A DNA stretch of 64,000 bases, from the sequence record SRR20825010_6612; one strand, written 5' to 3'. The translations under genes were made by a program, and so were the position numbers. Positions 45,891-55,633 of this stretch are shown here, in pieces (the stretch's first letter is position 1; each line of letters starts with the position of its first letter). The notes below the pieces were generated by a model, which did not search any database, was not told where the DNA came from, and worked only from the letters and a program-made list of their open reading frames with translations.

Positions 45891-48494
45891 ATGAAATTTT
45901 TAATCTTTATCACGTTTCTTCTATCCAGTATTTTTGGAAACGCGCAAAGCACAGCGACAGGAAATTGTTGGAAATGCCAACTCGCCTATTTGAATCAATC
46001 CAATTCGGTTGTAGAAAGATGTCAAGCGGTGATAAAATCTTCACCAAACCTCAAAGAGATTAACCTAGCTCGATTAATTTTAGCTCGGTATGAAATGAAT
46101 ATTGGAGAACATGCAAAAGCGCGTAAGTTGCTAAACAGTTGTTCGTTCGATGGAGTATTTTTCCCCGCAATAAAACTAGGCCTTCTTGGTGACACCTATG
46201 CTGAACAGGGAAATTATACTGAAGCCTATGCATTTTATCGAAAATCTGCAGCGATACATTCAAACAACCTGACAACACCGCATTATCTTTTCAAAGCACA
46301 TCTCTGCGCGAAGAAATTGGACAGCCTTGACTTAGCTGACAAACTTTTAAGCACAATAACGATTGAGTTTACAGAGTATGCGTCTGCGTATCATTTAAAA
46401 CGATATTTAACAACAGAGTACGTTGAGCCATTTCCAATTCATTATGATTCAATCACGCAACCCGAGAGTTTAGGAATAGGTACTATATCTGGTAAGAGAT
46501 TAAATGAAAAAGATTATTTAAATGTTCTCCTAGAAAATCAAAAAGCAGCCGATCAAGTTGCTATTCGTCAACAAGAACCTACAGCTCCCATTGACGAAGA
46601 TGCTCTTTGGTCCACCTACACAAAACAGTTTCTCATTGATCGAGAAGCTGAAATTTTAGGACTCACAATATCCGAAGAGGAATTAGAAGCGTATATCTTT
46701 GGAACAAATGGTTTTACTGTGATGGAAGATCTCCGTCTGGCATTCACAAACCCTGATACAGACGAGTATGACCCCGAAATTCTTATTTCGCGCATTCGAG
46801 AAATGCAAGAATCTGATGATCAATTAATGAGAGATTCTTGGCAGGATTCAAAAGAGTACTACATCGAAAAAAGACGTCAAGAAAAGTATTTTGAGCATGT
46901 TCAACTGATCAATTATCGCACGAAGTTAGAGCTTGAGTTTCTGAAGCCTTCAACTGAGGCATATTCCATAGAGTACACTAACATACTTTTTAGATCGATA
47001 AATGATGATAGCATCCATTTTGAAACAGAAGATTTGCACGCACTTTACGAAAAGGAAAAACATAAAAAAACCTACTTCAATAAGTTTGCTTCTGTTGGAC
47101 TCCGATTTCTAACCATTCCATTGACTGCGTCAAAAAAGGATTCCCTTTTCGCTCAGAATGAAATGGAGCAATTGAAAGTTGCATTTAGTTCGTCGTCCAA
47201 CGATTCCAATTTCGTTATGGAAAATAGCGACATGGGTTTTTATTCTTCAGGACCCTATAGCACAACTCTTTCGGAAGACCATTCTTATGCCCAACAACTT
47301 CAAACCTACCCGCGAGAAATGGATTCACTTTTTCAAAATGCGAAGGTTGGAGAAGTCGTCGGTCCGTACTGGTATGATACAACCATCGTTCTAGCTAAAA
47401 TAATTGGACATACCTATGACTCCATTCGGGCTCGCCACTTGTTACTTCCCCCTGATTCTGATGGCGGACCTCAAACGAATATGAAAAAAGCCAAAGAACT
47501 ATTGGCTCAGCTAACGAATGAGAACTTCGATAAGTTAGTCCAGCAACATTCGATTGACTATGCATCATCAAAGAAAGGCGGAGATTTAGGATACTTTTTC
47601 TTTGCACAGATGGTTCAGCCATTTGCCGTGTTTTGTACCGAAAAACCCGTTGGTGAGTTCGGAATTATTGAGAGTCAATTCGGGATTCATATTGTCCAAG
47701 TTATAGATAGAAAAGGTCCCCGAAATCCTAAAGCCGCACTAATCGTAAAGCGTTTTGTTCCAAGCTCATTTACCTTAGATTCGCTCAAGTACCTTTCTTC
47801 TACATTTTCGGATCAACTCAAAGGAGATTTTGAATCCAAAACTTCAGATCTCGAAACATTTGCATCAACAGTTAATACTTTACTAAGACCAATTAACGTT
47901 AATGATTCAAAACCGATACTCTACGGCTTCATGCATAGAAAAACAGAAGATGAAGTTTTACGTTTTGTGTTCAATCCTGCCAGAAAAAGAGGAGATCATT
48001 TTTACATACACCTGAAGGATGAAATTGTGATTGTTTTATTTGAAACATCTCGAGAGGTCGGAATTCTTGATTTCAACGATGCCATTGACAAAACTAGACG
48101 CGATTACATAGAAAATGAAAAGTACTCGATCTTATCCAAGCAAATGGCGTTATTGGACTATTCACAGGACACAGCTATTCGTACAGCAATTATTCATGAG
48201 GGAGATCATAAATTGAATAACTGGGGTTATGAGCCCAATCTGATTTGTGAAATTCTCCAAATAACTAACACAAGTTCTTTTCCAATAATAATCCGAGGAT
48301 TCCAGGGAGCCTATAAGATCTATTCCAAAACAAAGGTCAACGCAAACTTCGATCTTAAAAAAGAGGAAGAATTGTACGATTTCCAAAAAAACATAGAAAG
48401 TCTGTTCTCTAAAGAAAATATAATTAGAACACTTGAATATGACGCTCACATTATAGACAACCGAAGATTGTACAGATTGGGAATTCGAAAGTGA
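45891..48494 (+). CDS. Parvulin-type peptidyl-prolyl isomerase (PpiD/SurA-like) fused to an N-terminal TPR (YfgM-like) domain
   Basis: Signal peptide; TPR GLLGDTYAEQGNY...TTPHYLFKA; SurA-N-like REAEILGLTISEEEL; rotamase IRARHLL, KGGDLGYF, ESQFGIHIVQV. Confidence 0.85.
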   Translation: MKFLIFITFLLSSIFGNAQSTATGNCWKCQLAYLNQSNSVVERCQAVIKSSPNLKEINLARLILARYEMNIGEHAKARKLLNSCSFDGVFFPAIKLGLLGDTYAEQGNYTEAYAFYRKSAAIHSNNLTTPHYLFKAHLCAKKLDSLDLADKLLSTITIEFTEYASAYHLKRYLTTEYVEPFPIHYDSITQPESLGIGTISGKRLNEKDYLNVLLENQKAADQVAIRQQEPTAPIDEDALWSTYTKQFLIDREAEILGLTISEEELEAYIFGTNGFTVMEDLRLAFTNPDTDEYDPEILISRIREMQESDDQLMRDSWQDSKEYYIEKRRQEKYFEHVQLINYRTKLELEFLKPSTEAYSIEYTNILFRSINDDSIHFETEDLHALYEKEKHKKTYFNKFASVGLRFLTIPLTASKKDSLFAQNEMEQLKVAFSSSSNDSNFVMENSDMGFYSSGPYSTTLSEDHSYAQQLQTYPREMDSLFQNAKVGEVVGPYWYDTTIVLAKIIGHTYDSIRARHLLLPPDSDGGPQTNMKKAKELLAQLTNENFDKLVQQHSIDYASSKKGGDLGYFFFAQMVQPFAVFCTEKPVGEFGIIESQFGIHIVQVIDRKGPRNPKAALIVKRFVPSSFTLDSLKYLSSTFSDQLKGDFESKTSDLETFASTVNTLLRPINVNDSKPILYGFMHRKTEDEVLRFVFNPARKRGDHFYIHLKDEIVIVLFETSREVGILDFNDAIDKTRRDYIENEKYSILSKQMALLDYSQDTAIRTAIIHEGDHKLNNWGYEPNLICEILQITNTSSFPIIIRGFQGAYKIYSKTKVNANFDLKKEEELYDFQKNIESLFSKENIIRTLEYDAHIIDNRRLYRLGIRK

Positions 48495-48606
48495 GAAAAA
48501 TCAATCTCAAAACACATCGATTTAAGGAAAATTCTTTATTAAAAAGACAATCTTAATACAGAAATTTAGTCGATCTAAATCAACAAATCGATTGCGAATT
48601 CACTTT

Positions 48607-48622
48607 TTGGCACGGCATTTGA
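48607..48622 (+). promoter_or_regulatory. Candidate sigma54 -24/-12 promoter (TTGGCAC-N4-TTTGA)
   Basis: GG at 48609-10 and GA at 48621-22, 32 nt upstream of the small ORF. Confidence 0.55.
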
Positions 48623-48654
48623 AAATAGCTAATCAAACAATAAAACTGATAGCT

Positions 48655-48768
48655 ATGAAACGAGATACTAAAAAAGTGAAAGCCGTAACTTTAATGTTAA
48701 CCGCTTCTTTGGAAGACTACATTCTTTATCTTAAAGGTATTAGTCCAAAGTTGATTCAAGGAAACTAA
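48655..48768 (+). CDS. Putative 37-aa small protein MKRDTKKVKAVTLMLTASLEDYILYLKGISPKLIQGN
   Basis: ATG...TAA read directly from the sequence; A-rich leader; own promoter and terminator. Below the ORF-track size cutoff. Confidence 0.55.
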   Translation: MKRDTKKVKAVTLMLTASLEDYILYLKGISPKLIQGN

Positions 48769-48787
48769 AAGAGAACCAAATAGAAGT

Positions 48788-48819
48788 AAAAACTGGTCGA
48801 GAATTCTCGGCCTTTTTTT
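48788..48819. terminator. Intrinsic terminator (possibly bidirectional)
   Basis: ggtcgaga-at-tctcggcc stem followed by T7, with an A-run upstream. Confidence 0.75.
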
Positions 48820-48836
48820 ATGCATAAAAGTCTTAG

Positions 48837-51017
48837 TTAGAGCTTAATCCCTACCAAACAAACATCATCCACCTGATCTTGAACACCTTTCCAACTATCA
48901 AATTCTTTTAAAAGTCGAGAGAATTGTTCGTCCATTGAATTGGAATGAATTTCCAACACGACGTTTTTCATTGCTAACGAACGATATTTCTTTCCATCCT
49001 TACCACCAAACTGATCTGCGAAACCATCCGAGCAAAGATAAATTCGGTCACCTTCAGAATAGTGAATTTCATGTCGCGTGAAGCTATCCATTTTCGGATA
49101 CTTCCCAACGGGTTGTTTATCTCCACTTATTTCAAAAAGCAGAGCATTGTTCCCTTCTGTGACTCTTCGAGAATCTATGCTCGCATCCAATTTATCCTTC
49201 ACAATCCACAACGGATTATTCGCCCCGGTGAACTGAATGGTTTTCCTTTCACGATTGATAACACAAAGCGCAATGTCCATTCCGTCATCCACATAATCCT
49301 CGCTTTTGGCAAATGTTTCAATGACCAATTCTCGCGTTTTGTTCATAATTTCATCTGGAAGTCGAAGCTCAAATTCGTGAATAGATCGATTGAGAGCATT
49401 GTTGCACACCACACTTACCATCGCTCCAGGAACTCCATGCCCCGTACAATCGCCAACAGCCAAAAACACCAAATCTCCTATTGTTTCTAACCAATAGAAG
49501 TCTCCACTCACAAGGTCTTTTGGTCGATACAACACAAAACTGTCTTTAAAACAAGCATCGAAATCTTCATTCTTGGGTAGAATGGCAGATTGAAGTCGCG
49601 TAGCATATTTAATGGAATCAGAAATTTCACGATTCCGCACATCTGCAGTTTCTTTTTGACGTTGAATCAGTTCATTTTTTTCTGAAAGGACTTCGTTCAT
49701 TCGTTGCCTTCTTCTATTCGAACGCACCAAAACAACTAATAATCCAAGCAAACCAACTCCTCCAACCACACCAAGAGTGATTAACCTTGCTTGCTGGGAA
49801 ATTTTCTCTTGATCGATAGCTCTCTCAATATCATACGCTTTTGAAAGTTGCAAACTATCGTTGATCAACTTTTCTTGCATTTCGTACTTCACATCACTAA
49901 TAATCAAATCTCTCCCCTTCTTTTCTTCTTCACGGAGATTCAAAAATTTGATGTAATCGTTGAGCACTCTATTCGCTTCGCTGTGTCGTCCGATTCTCGA
50001 TAAATAGCGCGCTTTCAATTGTAGAAACCGTTCCTTTTTTGTCAATAAATCAAATCGATTAATCAGAATATCACAATCGGAAACAATTTTCCCTAGACTA
50101 TCATTGGACAATACATCAAAATAATTCTCTCCAAGAGCGATTAATGCGTCCATTTCACCATCTCGGTCACTAATATTTCGATACATATTCAACGCCTTGA
50201 TCAACATTGAACGCGCCTCCTCACTAGGAATTTTTGAGTTTTTTAGCGTTGAATACTCCAAATACACTTCTGCTAATTCATAAGAATTTTTCACTTCCTT
50301 CTCGAAAATGGAAATCGAACGTTTGAAGTAATAAATGGCACTATCTCTCACTTCCATTGCCTTGAAAATCTGCCCTAAACTGGAACATGAAATAGCTTCT
50401 CCTTCTTTGTTTTTAGCCAAAACTTCATTTGCTAAACTCATTCGGTAAAACTCTATCGCCTTTTTAAACAAACCGACTTCATTGTAAATGGCGCCAATAT
50501 TATGTAGCGCATACGTTTTCCCTATCAGTGCAGTTTCTCGCTTCTGTCCCTTAACCGAACTAGCCAAAATTTCCTCATTTACTTTTAATGATTTCATTTG
50601 ACAACTGAGACTTTCGGTGTACTCGTAAGTATCTAAAAACGAATTTCCAAGATTTCCATACGCATCGGCAATCAACTGTTTGTTGTCCGTGCTTTGAAAA
50701 GATTCTAAGGAACGGTAAAAAAACTTCCTAGCTTTCAAAAACTGAGTCGTATTTTGATAAAACCATCCTTTGTATTGATAAGCCTTCCCCATTATTTCAG
50801 GTTCTCCAGAAAGTTCAGCGAAAAAGACCGCAGAATCAGAATATGTTCGCGCTTTTAGCGTGTCTTCGTATTCAAATTCTGTAAATAAATTGATGTATTT
50901 CTTTGCTTTAGAAACCGCATTTTGCCCCATAAGGTTACACGAGCATACGATCGTAGCGAAGAAGATCAAAAGATATTTACACAAGTAGGTCACCAAACAA
51001 AAATACGTCTTTTTCAT
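48837..51017 (-). CDS. Membrane sensor: periplasmic TPRs + TM + SpoIIE/RsbU-type PP2C phosphatase
   Basis: TPRs (AYGNLGNSF, ALHNIGAIY); TM helix; VSGDFY, VGDCTGHGVPGA, DGMDIA, SDGFADQFGG and QVDDVC motifs. Start may be 51038. Confidence 0.92.
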   Translation of the reverse strand: MKKTYFCLVTYLCKYLLIFFATIVCSCNLMGQNAVSKAKKYINLFTEFEYEDTLKARTYSDSAVFFAELSGEPEIMGKAYQYKGWFYQNTTQFLKARKFFYRSLESFQSTDNKQLIADAYGNLGNSFLDTYEYTESLSCQMKSLKVNEEILASSVKGQKRETALIGKTYALHNIGAIYNEVGLFKKAIEFYRMSLANEVLAKNKEGEAISCSSLGQIFKAMEVRDSAIYYFKRSISIFEKEVKNSYELAEVYLEYSTLKNSKIPSEEARSMLIKALNMYRNISDRDGEMDALIALGENYFDVLSNDSLGKIVSDCDILINRFDLLTKKERFLQLKARYLSRIGRHSEANRVLNDYIKFLNLREEEKKGRDLIISDVKYEMQEKLINDSLQLSKAYDIERAIDQEKISQQARLITLGVVGGVGLLGLLVVLVRSNRRRQRMNEVLSEKNELIQRQKETADVRNREISDSIKYATRLQSAILPKNEDFDACFKDSFVLYRPKDLVSGDFYWLETIGDLVFLAVGDCTGHGVPGAMVSVVCNNALNRSIHEFELRLPDEIMNKTRELVIETFAKSEDYVDDGMDIALCVINRERKTIQFTGANNPLWIVKDKLDASIDSRRVTEGNNALLFEISGDKQPVGKYPKMDSFTRHEIHYSEGDRIYLCSDGFADQFGGKDGKKYRSLAMKNVVLEIHSNSMDEQFSRLLKEFDSWKGVQDQVDDVCLVGIKL

Positions 51018-51173
51018 GTTTATCAGATTGACCTTCATTATCGTATGTAAAACAAGGATTTTGCGGGTCTTTATTTAGTTTTCCTCTTTCAATCAAAAAG
51101 TGTGCTTTTAAAAGGAAGCAAGAAGCCCCTTCATTTATCTGATTTTCCTATCTTTCGATATCACAAAAACGCT

Positions 51174-53750
51174 ATGGGAGAAAAGAATAAATACAAGCTT
51201 AACACACTCAAAACCTTTACCTCAGAGGAATGGCTGTTTAAAGAGAAAATGTATCAAACTGTTTTTTTGGAAAAAGAGGTGGATTGGATTCAAGCGGAAT
51301 TGAGTATTTACAATATTCTATTCGACGAAGAAGACTGGAAATGTAAGTTTCGTTACGAAGCTTATCGCGTTGGGAACTCGGAAAAATTATTTAGTCACGA
51401 AGAAGAAAAAACGATTCTTAAAACGGATAATATTTTTGTCTATCGCTCTGGTTGGGGAAATGAAAAAAAAACATTCTGGAAGAAAGGCGATTATGTGTGG
51501 AAGGCTTTTATCGACGATGTTTTGGTTGGAACAACAAACTTCTATATCGATGATTATCCAAATGTGACCCCAGAAAACAATCCGTTTTTTGATATTTCAA
51601 GCATTCGATTCTACGAAGGAGGAAAAGATTTAACTCCACTTCCTGAAAGAAAATACGTTACCCAATTTATTGGTAAAGAAACGCGTTATGTTTCGGCTGA
51701 ATTTACATTTAAGAACAAACGAACGACTCCTTGGTACTGCGAATTGGAATTTTTCTTTTACGATTCTCAAGGTCGAATGAGAGGTCAAGGTTCACGTCTG
51801 ATTAAAGTAACGGATGAACAGCACAACACTTCATTTAGCTGGGGAAATGAGACCAAAACAATTTGGAAAGATGGTCAATTCACAGTTGAGATAATTTTCA
51901 TGCATCAGCGAATTGCAATTATTCCTTTTACGGTTGGGCCAAATTGGATTGAAGGAACCCCAGCAATTTCTACCACCGAAACGATTTCACCTGTTGAACA
52001 GGAAATGCTTTCGAATGAAGAAGAACTCGAAACCCTTCTCTCTAAATTGGATGAACTGATTGGTTTAGATGAACTCAAAGTGCGCATTCGTGAATACATC
52101 GAATACCTAAAGTTCGAGAAAATCAGAAAGGAAAAAGGTCTTTCTAGTCCAAAAAAAATGAACTTACACACCGTGTTAACTGGAAATCCAGGAACAGGAA
52201 AAACAACTGTTGCTCAACAACTCGGTAAAATTTATCGCGCTATGGGTTTACTCAGCAGTGGACACATTCACGAAGTTGATCGTTCTGAGTTAATTGGAGA
52301 ATACATTGGTCAAACTGCGCCAAAAGTGCGTCAAGCGATTGACAAAGCACGCGGTGGAATATTGTTCATCGACGAGGCGTATGCACTCTATCGAAAAGAA
52401 ACGCACAACGATTTTGGACACGAAGCGATTGAAATTTTACTCAAAGAGATGTCTGACGGACCTGGCGATCTCGTCATCATTGCCGCTGGATATCCAAAAG
52501 AAATGACTTCATTCATAGATTCAAACCCTGGATTGAAATCTCGCTTCTCTCATTTTTTCCATTTTCCGGACTATTTACCCGAAGAATTGCTTCAAATTGC
52601 CGATTTAGGGTATAAAAACTTGCAATTAACACTTGAATCAGACGCGAAAAACTTACTGGAACACCAATTGGTGAAAGCATTCCGAGCGAGAGATAAATCG
52701 TTTGGAAACGCGCGATATGTCATGGCATTAGTCGATGAAAGTAAGTTAAACATGGGACTTCGATTGATGAAAACCGGAACAGCAGAAGACCTTTCTAACG
52801 AGGACCTTTCTACTATTAACTTGAACGACATTCAGGATATTTTTATTCAACCGCAATCGAAACAACTCAAATTAGCAGTCGACAGCGAATTATTGCGAAC
52901 AGGACTGCATGAATTGGACGAGCTAATCGGAATGGACAACGTGAAAACCGAAATCCGCGAGCTAGTGAAACTAGTAACATACTATCGTGAAATAGGAAAA
53001 GATGTGTTGAATCAATTTGTTCTGCACACCGTATTCACGGGAAATCCCGGAACAGGAAAAACAACTGTCGCCCGTATTTTTGCTAAGATTTTTAAAGCAC
53101 TTGGACTTATCGAAGGGGGACATCTGGTGGAATGCGATCGCGAAGCACTTGTTGCGGGATACAGCGGACAAACAGCTACCAAAACTGCCGAAATGATTGA
53201 ACGAGCAATGGGCGGAGTACTTTTCATCGATGAAGCCTATGCACTTTTGAATGGCGCCAACGACAGTTTCGGAATGGAAGCAATTCAAACCATTTTAAAA
53301 CGAATGGAAGACCGAAAATCTGCTTTTATAGTGATTGCTGCTGGATATCCAGACAATATGAACCAATTTTTGAATGCAAACCCAGGACTCCGATCACGTT
53401 TCGAGAAATCCATTCACTTCGACGATTATTCGACAAACGACTTGCTTGCAATCGCCGATTTTATGTTTGGAATTGAGAACAATAAATTGAACCCTGAAGC
53501 ACGCGAAAAACTCACCGTTTACCTGCAATCTGCCTTCGAAGCTAGAGATAAACACTTCGGGAATGCGCGTTTTGTTCGAAAAATCGTTCAGCAAGTATCC
53601 AGAGATCACGATTTGAGATTAGCGGATCTGCCACATACGCAACGAACAATAAAAATGATCGAAGAAATTACCTTAGAAGATTTGAAGAATCTACCTTCGC
53701 AAAAAGAACTCAATTCAAATCCAACCATCGGATTTCAACGAAATAATTAA
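51174..53750 (+). CDS. Double-AAA+ ATPase of the CbbX/SpoVK/EccA family with duplicated N-terminal beta domain
   Basis: Two GNPGTGKT Walker A motifs, two (I/V)LFIDEAY Walker B motifs, NPGL(K/R)SRF and FGNAR twice. Start at MGEKNK. Confidence 0.92.
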   Translation: MGEKNKYKLNTLKTFTSEEWLFKEKMYQTVFLEKEVDWIQAELSIYNILFDEEDWKCKFRYEAYRVGNSEKLFSHEEEKTILKTDNIFVYRSGWGNEKKTFWKKGDYVWKAFIDDVLVGTTNFYIDDYPNVTPENNPFFDISSIRFYEGGKDLTPLPERKYVTQFIGKETRYVSAEFTFKNKRTTPWYCELEFFFYDSQGRMRGQGSRLIKVTDEQHNTSFSWGNETKTIWKDGQFTVEIIFMHQRIAIIPFTVGPNWIEGTPAISTTETISPVEQEMLSNEEELETLLSKLDELIGLDELKVRIREYIEYLKFEKIRKEKGLSSPKKMNLHTVLTGNPGTGKTTVAQQLGKIYRAMGLLSSGHIHEVDRSELIGEYIGQTAPKVRQAIDKARGGILFIDEAYALYRKETHNDFGHEAIEILLKEMSDGPGDLVIIAAGYPKEMTSFIDSNPGLKSRFSHFFHFPDYLPEELLQIADLGYKNLQLTLESDAKNLLEHQLVKAFRARDKSFGNARYVMALVDESKLNMGLRLMKTGTAEDLSNEDLSTINLNDIQDIFIQPQSKQLKLAVDSELLRTGLHELDELIGMDNVKTEIRELVKLVTYYREIGKDVLNQFVLHTVFTGNPGTGKTTVARIFAKIFKALGLIEGGHLVECDREALVAGYSGQTATKTAEMIERAMGGVLFIDEAYALLNGANDSFGMEAIQTILKRMEDRKSAFIVIAAGYPDNMNQFLNANPGLRSRFEKSIHFDDYSTNDLLAIADFMFGIENNKLNPEAREKLTVYLQSAFEARDKHFGNARFVRKIVQQVSRDHDLRLADLPHTQRTIKMIEEITLEDLKNLPSQKELNSNPTIGFQRNN

Positions 53751-53753
53751 ATA

Positions 53754-54914
53754 ATGCTCAAAAACGACTTTCTACTTTCATCTGAATATAGACATCTTAA
53801 TCACGGTTCTTTTGGCGCCTGCCCAAAACCCATTTTCGCAGATTATCAACATTGGCAGTTGGAACTGGAACGAAATCCTGTTGATTTTTTCGTCAACAAA
53901 GGAAATCAACAACTTGAGCTTTCCAAAAAAGCATTGGCCAAATACATTCACTGTGATGCGGACGATTTGGTGCTGACAATGAACCCAAGTTATGCGATAA
54001 ACATCATTGCGAAAAGCTTAAAACTCTCTCCAGGCGATGAAGTCCTTTCCACAAACCACGAATACGGCGCAATGGACAGAACGTGGAAATACTATTGCGA
54101 AAAATCTGGAGCGAAGTACATTCAACAACCGATTCCTATTCCTCTCGCTTCAAAAGAAGAGTTCATAACCGAATTTTGGAAAGGACTCACTCCAAACACC
54201 AAGGTGATTTTTATCAGTCAAATTACCAGTATGACAGCGCTCATTTTCCCTGTGAAGGAAATTTGTGAAAAGGCAAAAGAATTGGGATTATTGACCATTG
54301 TAGACGGAGCTCACGTTCCTGGACACATTCCGCTAGATCTTCGCGAATTAAAAGCTGATATCTACACAGGAGCTTGCCACAAATGGATGATGACTCCGAA
54401 AGGATCAAGCTTCTTATATGTAAAAAAAGAAATTCAGAACGATTTTGACCCACTCATTATCAGTTGGGGCTTCGACGCAGAAGTTCCTGGAAAATCAAAA
54501 TTCTTGGATTATCACCAACTACAAGGAACGCGCGATTATTCCGCTTTTCTATCCCTTCCCGCAGCAATTGACTACATGGAAAAGAACAATTGGTGGGAAG
54601 TGTCCGATGCTTGTAAGCAACTCATTTTGAAGAATTATCAACCTTTATGTGATCTCGTGGGCACACAACCGATTTGTCCAGTGAACAGCGATTTTCTCGG
54701 TCAAATTTGCAGTATTCCGATGCCTACAAAAGATCCCCTTCGATTAAAACAATTGCTTTTCGAAAAATACAAGATTGAAATTCCAGTATTTCAGTTGCGT
54801 GAGCATGTTTTTATGCGACTCTCCGCTCAAGCGTATGTCAACCAAGAAGATGTAGACTATTTAATGGAAGCTATCGCCGAAATCAAAGCAACAACAGATA
54901 TTTTTAGTACATGA
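53754..54914 (+). CDS. Class V PLP-dependent enzyme (isopenicillin-N epimerase / C-S lyase-like)
   Basis: LNHGSFGACP, VDGAHVPG, ACHKWMMTPKGS (PLP Lys) and QGTRDY motifs. Confidence 0.9.
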   Translation: MLKNDFLLSSEYRHLNHGSFGACPKPIFADYQHWQLELERNPVDFFVNKGNQQLELSKKALAKYIHCDADDLVLTMNPSYAINIIAKSLKLSPGDEVLSTNHEYGAMDRTWKYYCEKSGAKYIQQPIPIPLASKEEFITEFWKGLTPNTKVIFISQITSMTALIFPVKEICEKAKELGLLTIVDGAHVPGHIPLDLRELKADIYTGACHKWMMTPKGSSFLYVKKEIQNDFDPLIISWGFDAEVPGKSKFLDYHQLQGTRDYSAFLSLPAAIDYMEKNNWWEVSDACKQLILKNYQPLCDLVGTQPICPVNSDFLGQICSIPMPTKDPLRLKQLLFEKYKIEIPVFQLREHVFMRLSAQAYVNQEDVDYLMEAIAEIKATTDIFST

Positions 54915-55633
54915 GCGAAGTAAAAAAAACCTATTTCAACTGGAGTTCAGGCAAAGATTCTGCCATGGCATTACATCGCTTACTTCAAAACGATGACTTT
55001 TCTGTCGAACACATGTTGACCTCAATGAATACGCATTTCGACCGCGTGAGCATGCACGGTGTGCGAAGAGAACTCCTTTTTGAACAATTAAATTCAATTA
55101 ACATTCCCTATTCTACGCTAGAACTTCCAGCCGAACCATCGATGGAAGAATACGAAGCGATCATCGGTACTAAAATGGCTGAATTAAAGAAACAAGGATT
55201 CACCGACACAGCTTTTGGCGATATTTTCTTGGAAGATTTAAGGAAGTACAGAGAAGATAAACTCTCTGAGATTGGAATTCATGCACATTTCCCACTTTGG
55301 AAGCAGAATACAACCGATTTATTACAGCATTTTATTCAAGCTGGTTTTCGCTCAATTGTCGTCTGTTGTAATGACGAACTTCTTGGCGAATCTTGGGTCG
55401 GAAGAGAAATTAACCAAGATTTCATCAATGAACTTCCCGAAAATGTTGATCCCTGTGGAGAAAATGGCGAATTTCACACTTTTTGCTTCGACGGTCCGAT
55501 TTTCGCTAAGCCCATACAATTTGAACTCGGCGAAATCATAAAACGTGAATATCCACGTCCGAATGCCTCCGAAGATGAATCGAAAACAGTAGGATTTTGG
55601 TTTTGCGACCTTCTTCCAAAAAAAGAACAATAA
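54911..55633 (+). CDS. Dph6/MJ0570-like ATP pyrophosphatase (diphthine--ammonia ligase family)
   Basis: WSSGKDS PP-loop, FGDIFLEDL and DPCGENGEFHTF motifs. Confidence 0.92.
   Translation: MSEVKKTYFNWSSGKDSAMALHRLLQNDDFSVEHMLTSMNTHFDRVSMHGVRRELLFEQLNSINIPYSTLELPAEPSMEEYEAIIGTKMAELKKQGFTDTAFGDIFLEDLRKYREDKLSEIGIHAHFPLWKQNTTDLLQHFIQAGFRSIVVCCNDELLGESWVGREINQDFINELPENVDPCGENGEFHTFCFDGPIFAKPIQFELGEIIKREYPRPNASEDESKTVGFWFCDLLPKKEQ

Noticed and set aside
53754-54914. Beta-lactam or ergothioneine biosynthetic cluster
   Set aside because: No IPNS/ACV synthetase or egtB/egtD genes are in the window, so family membership alone is insufficient.
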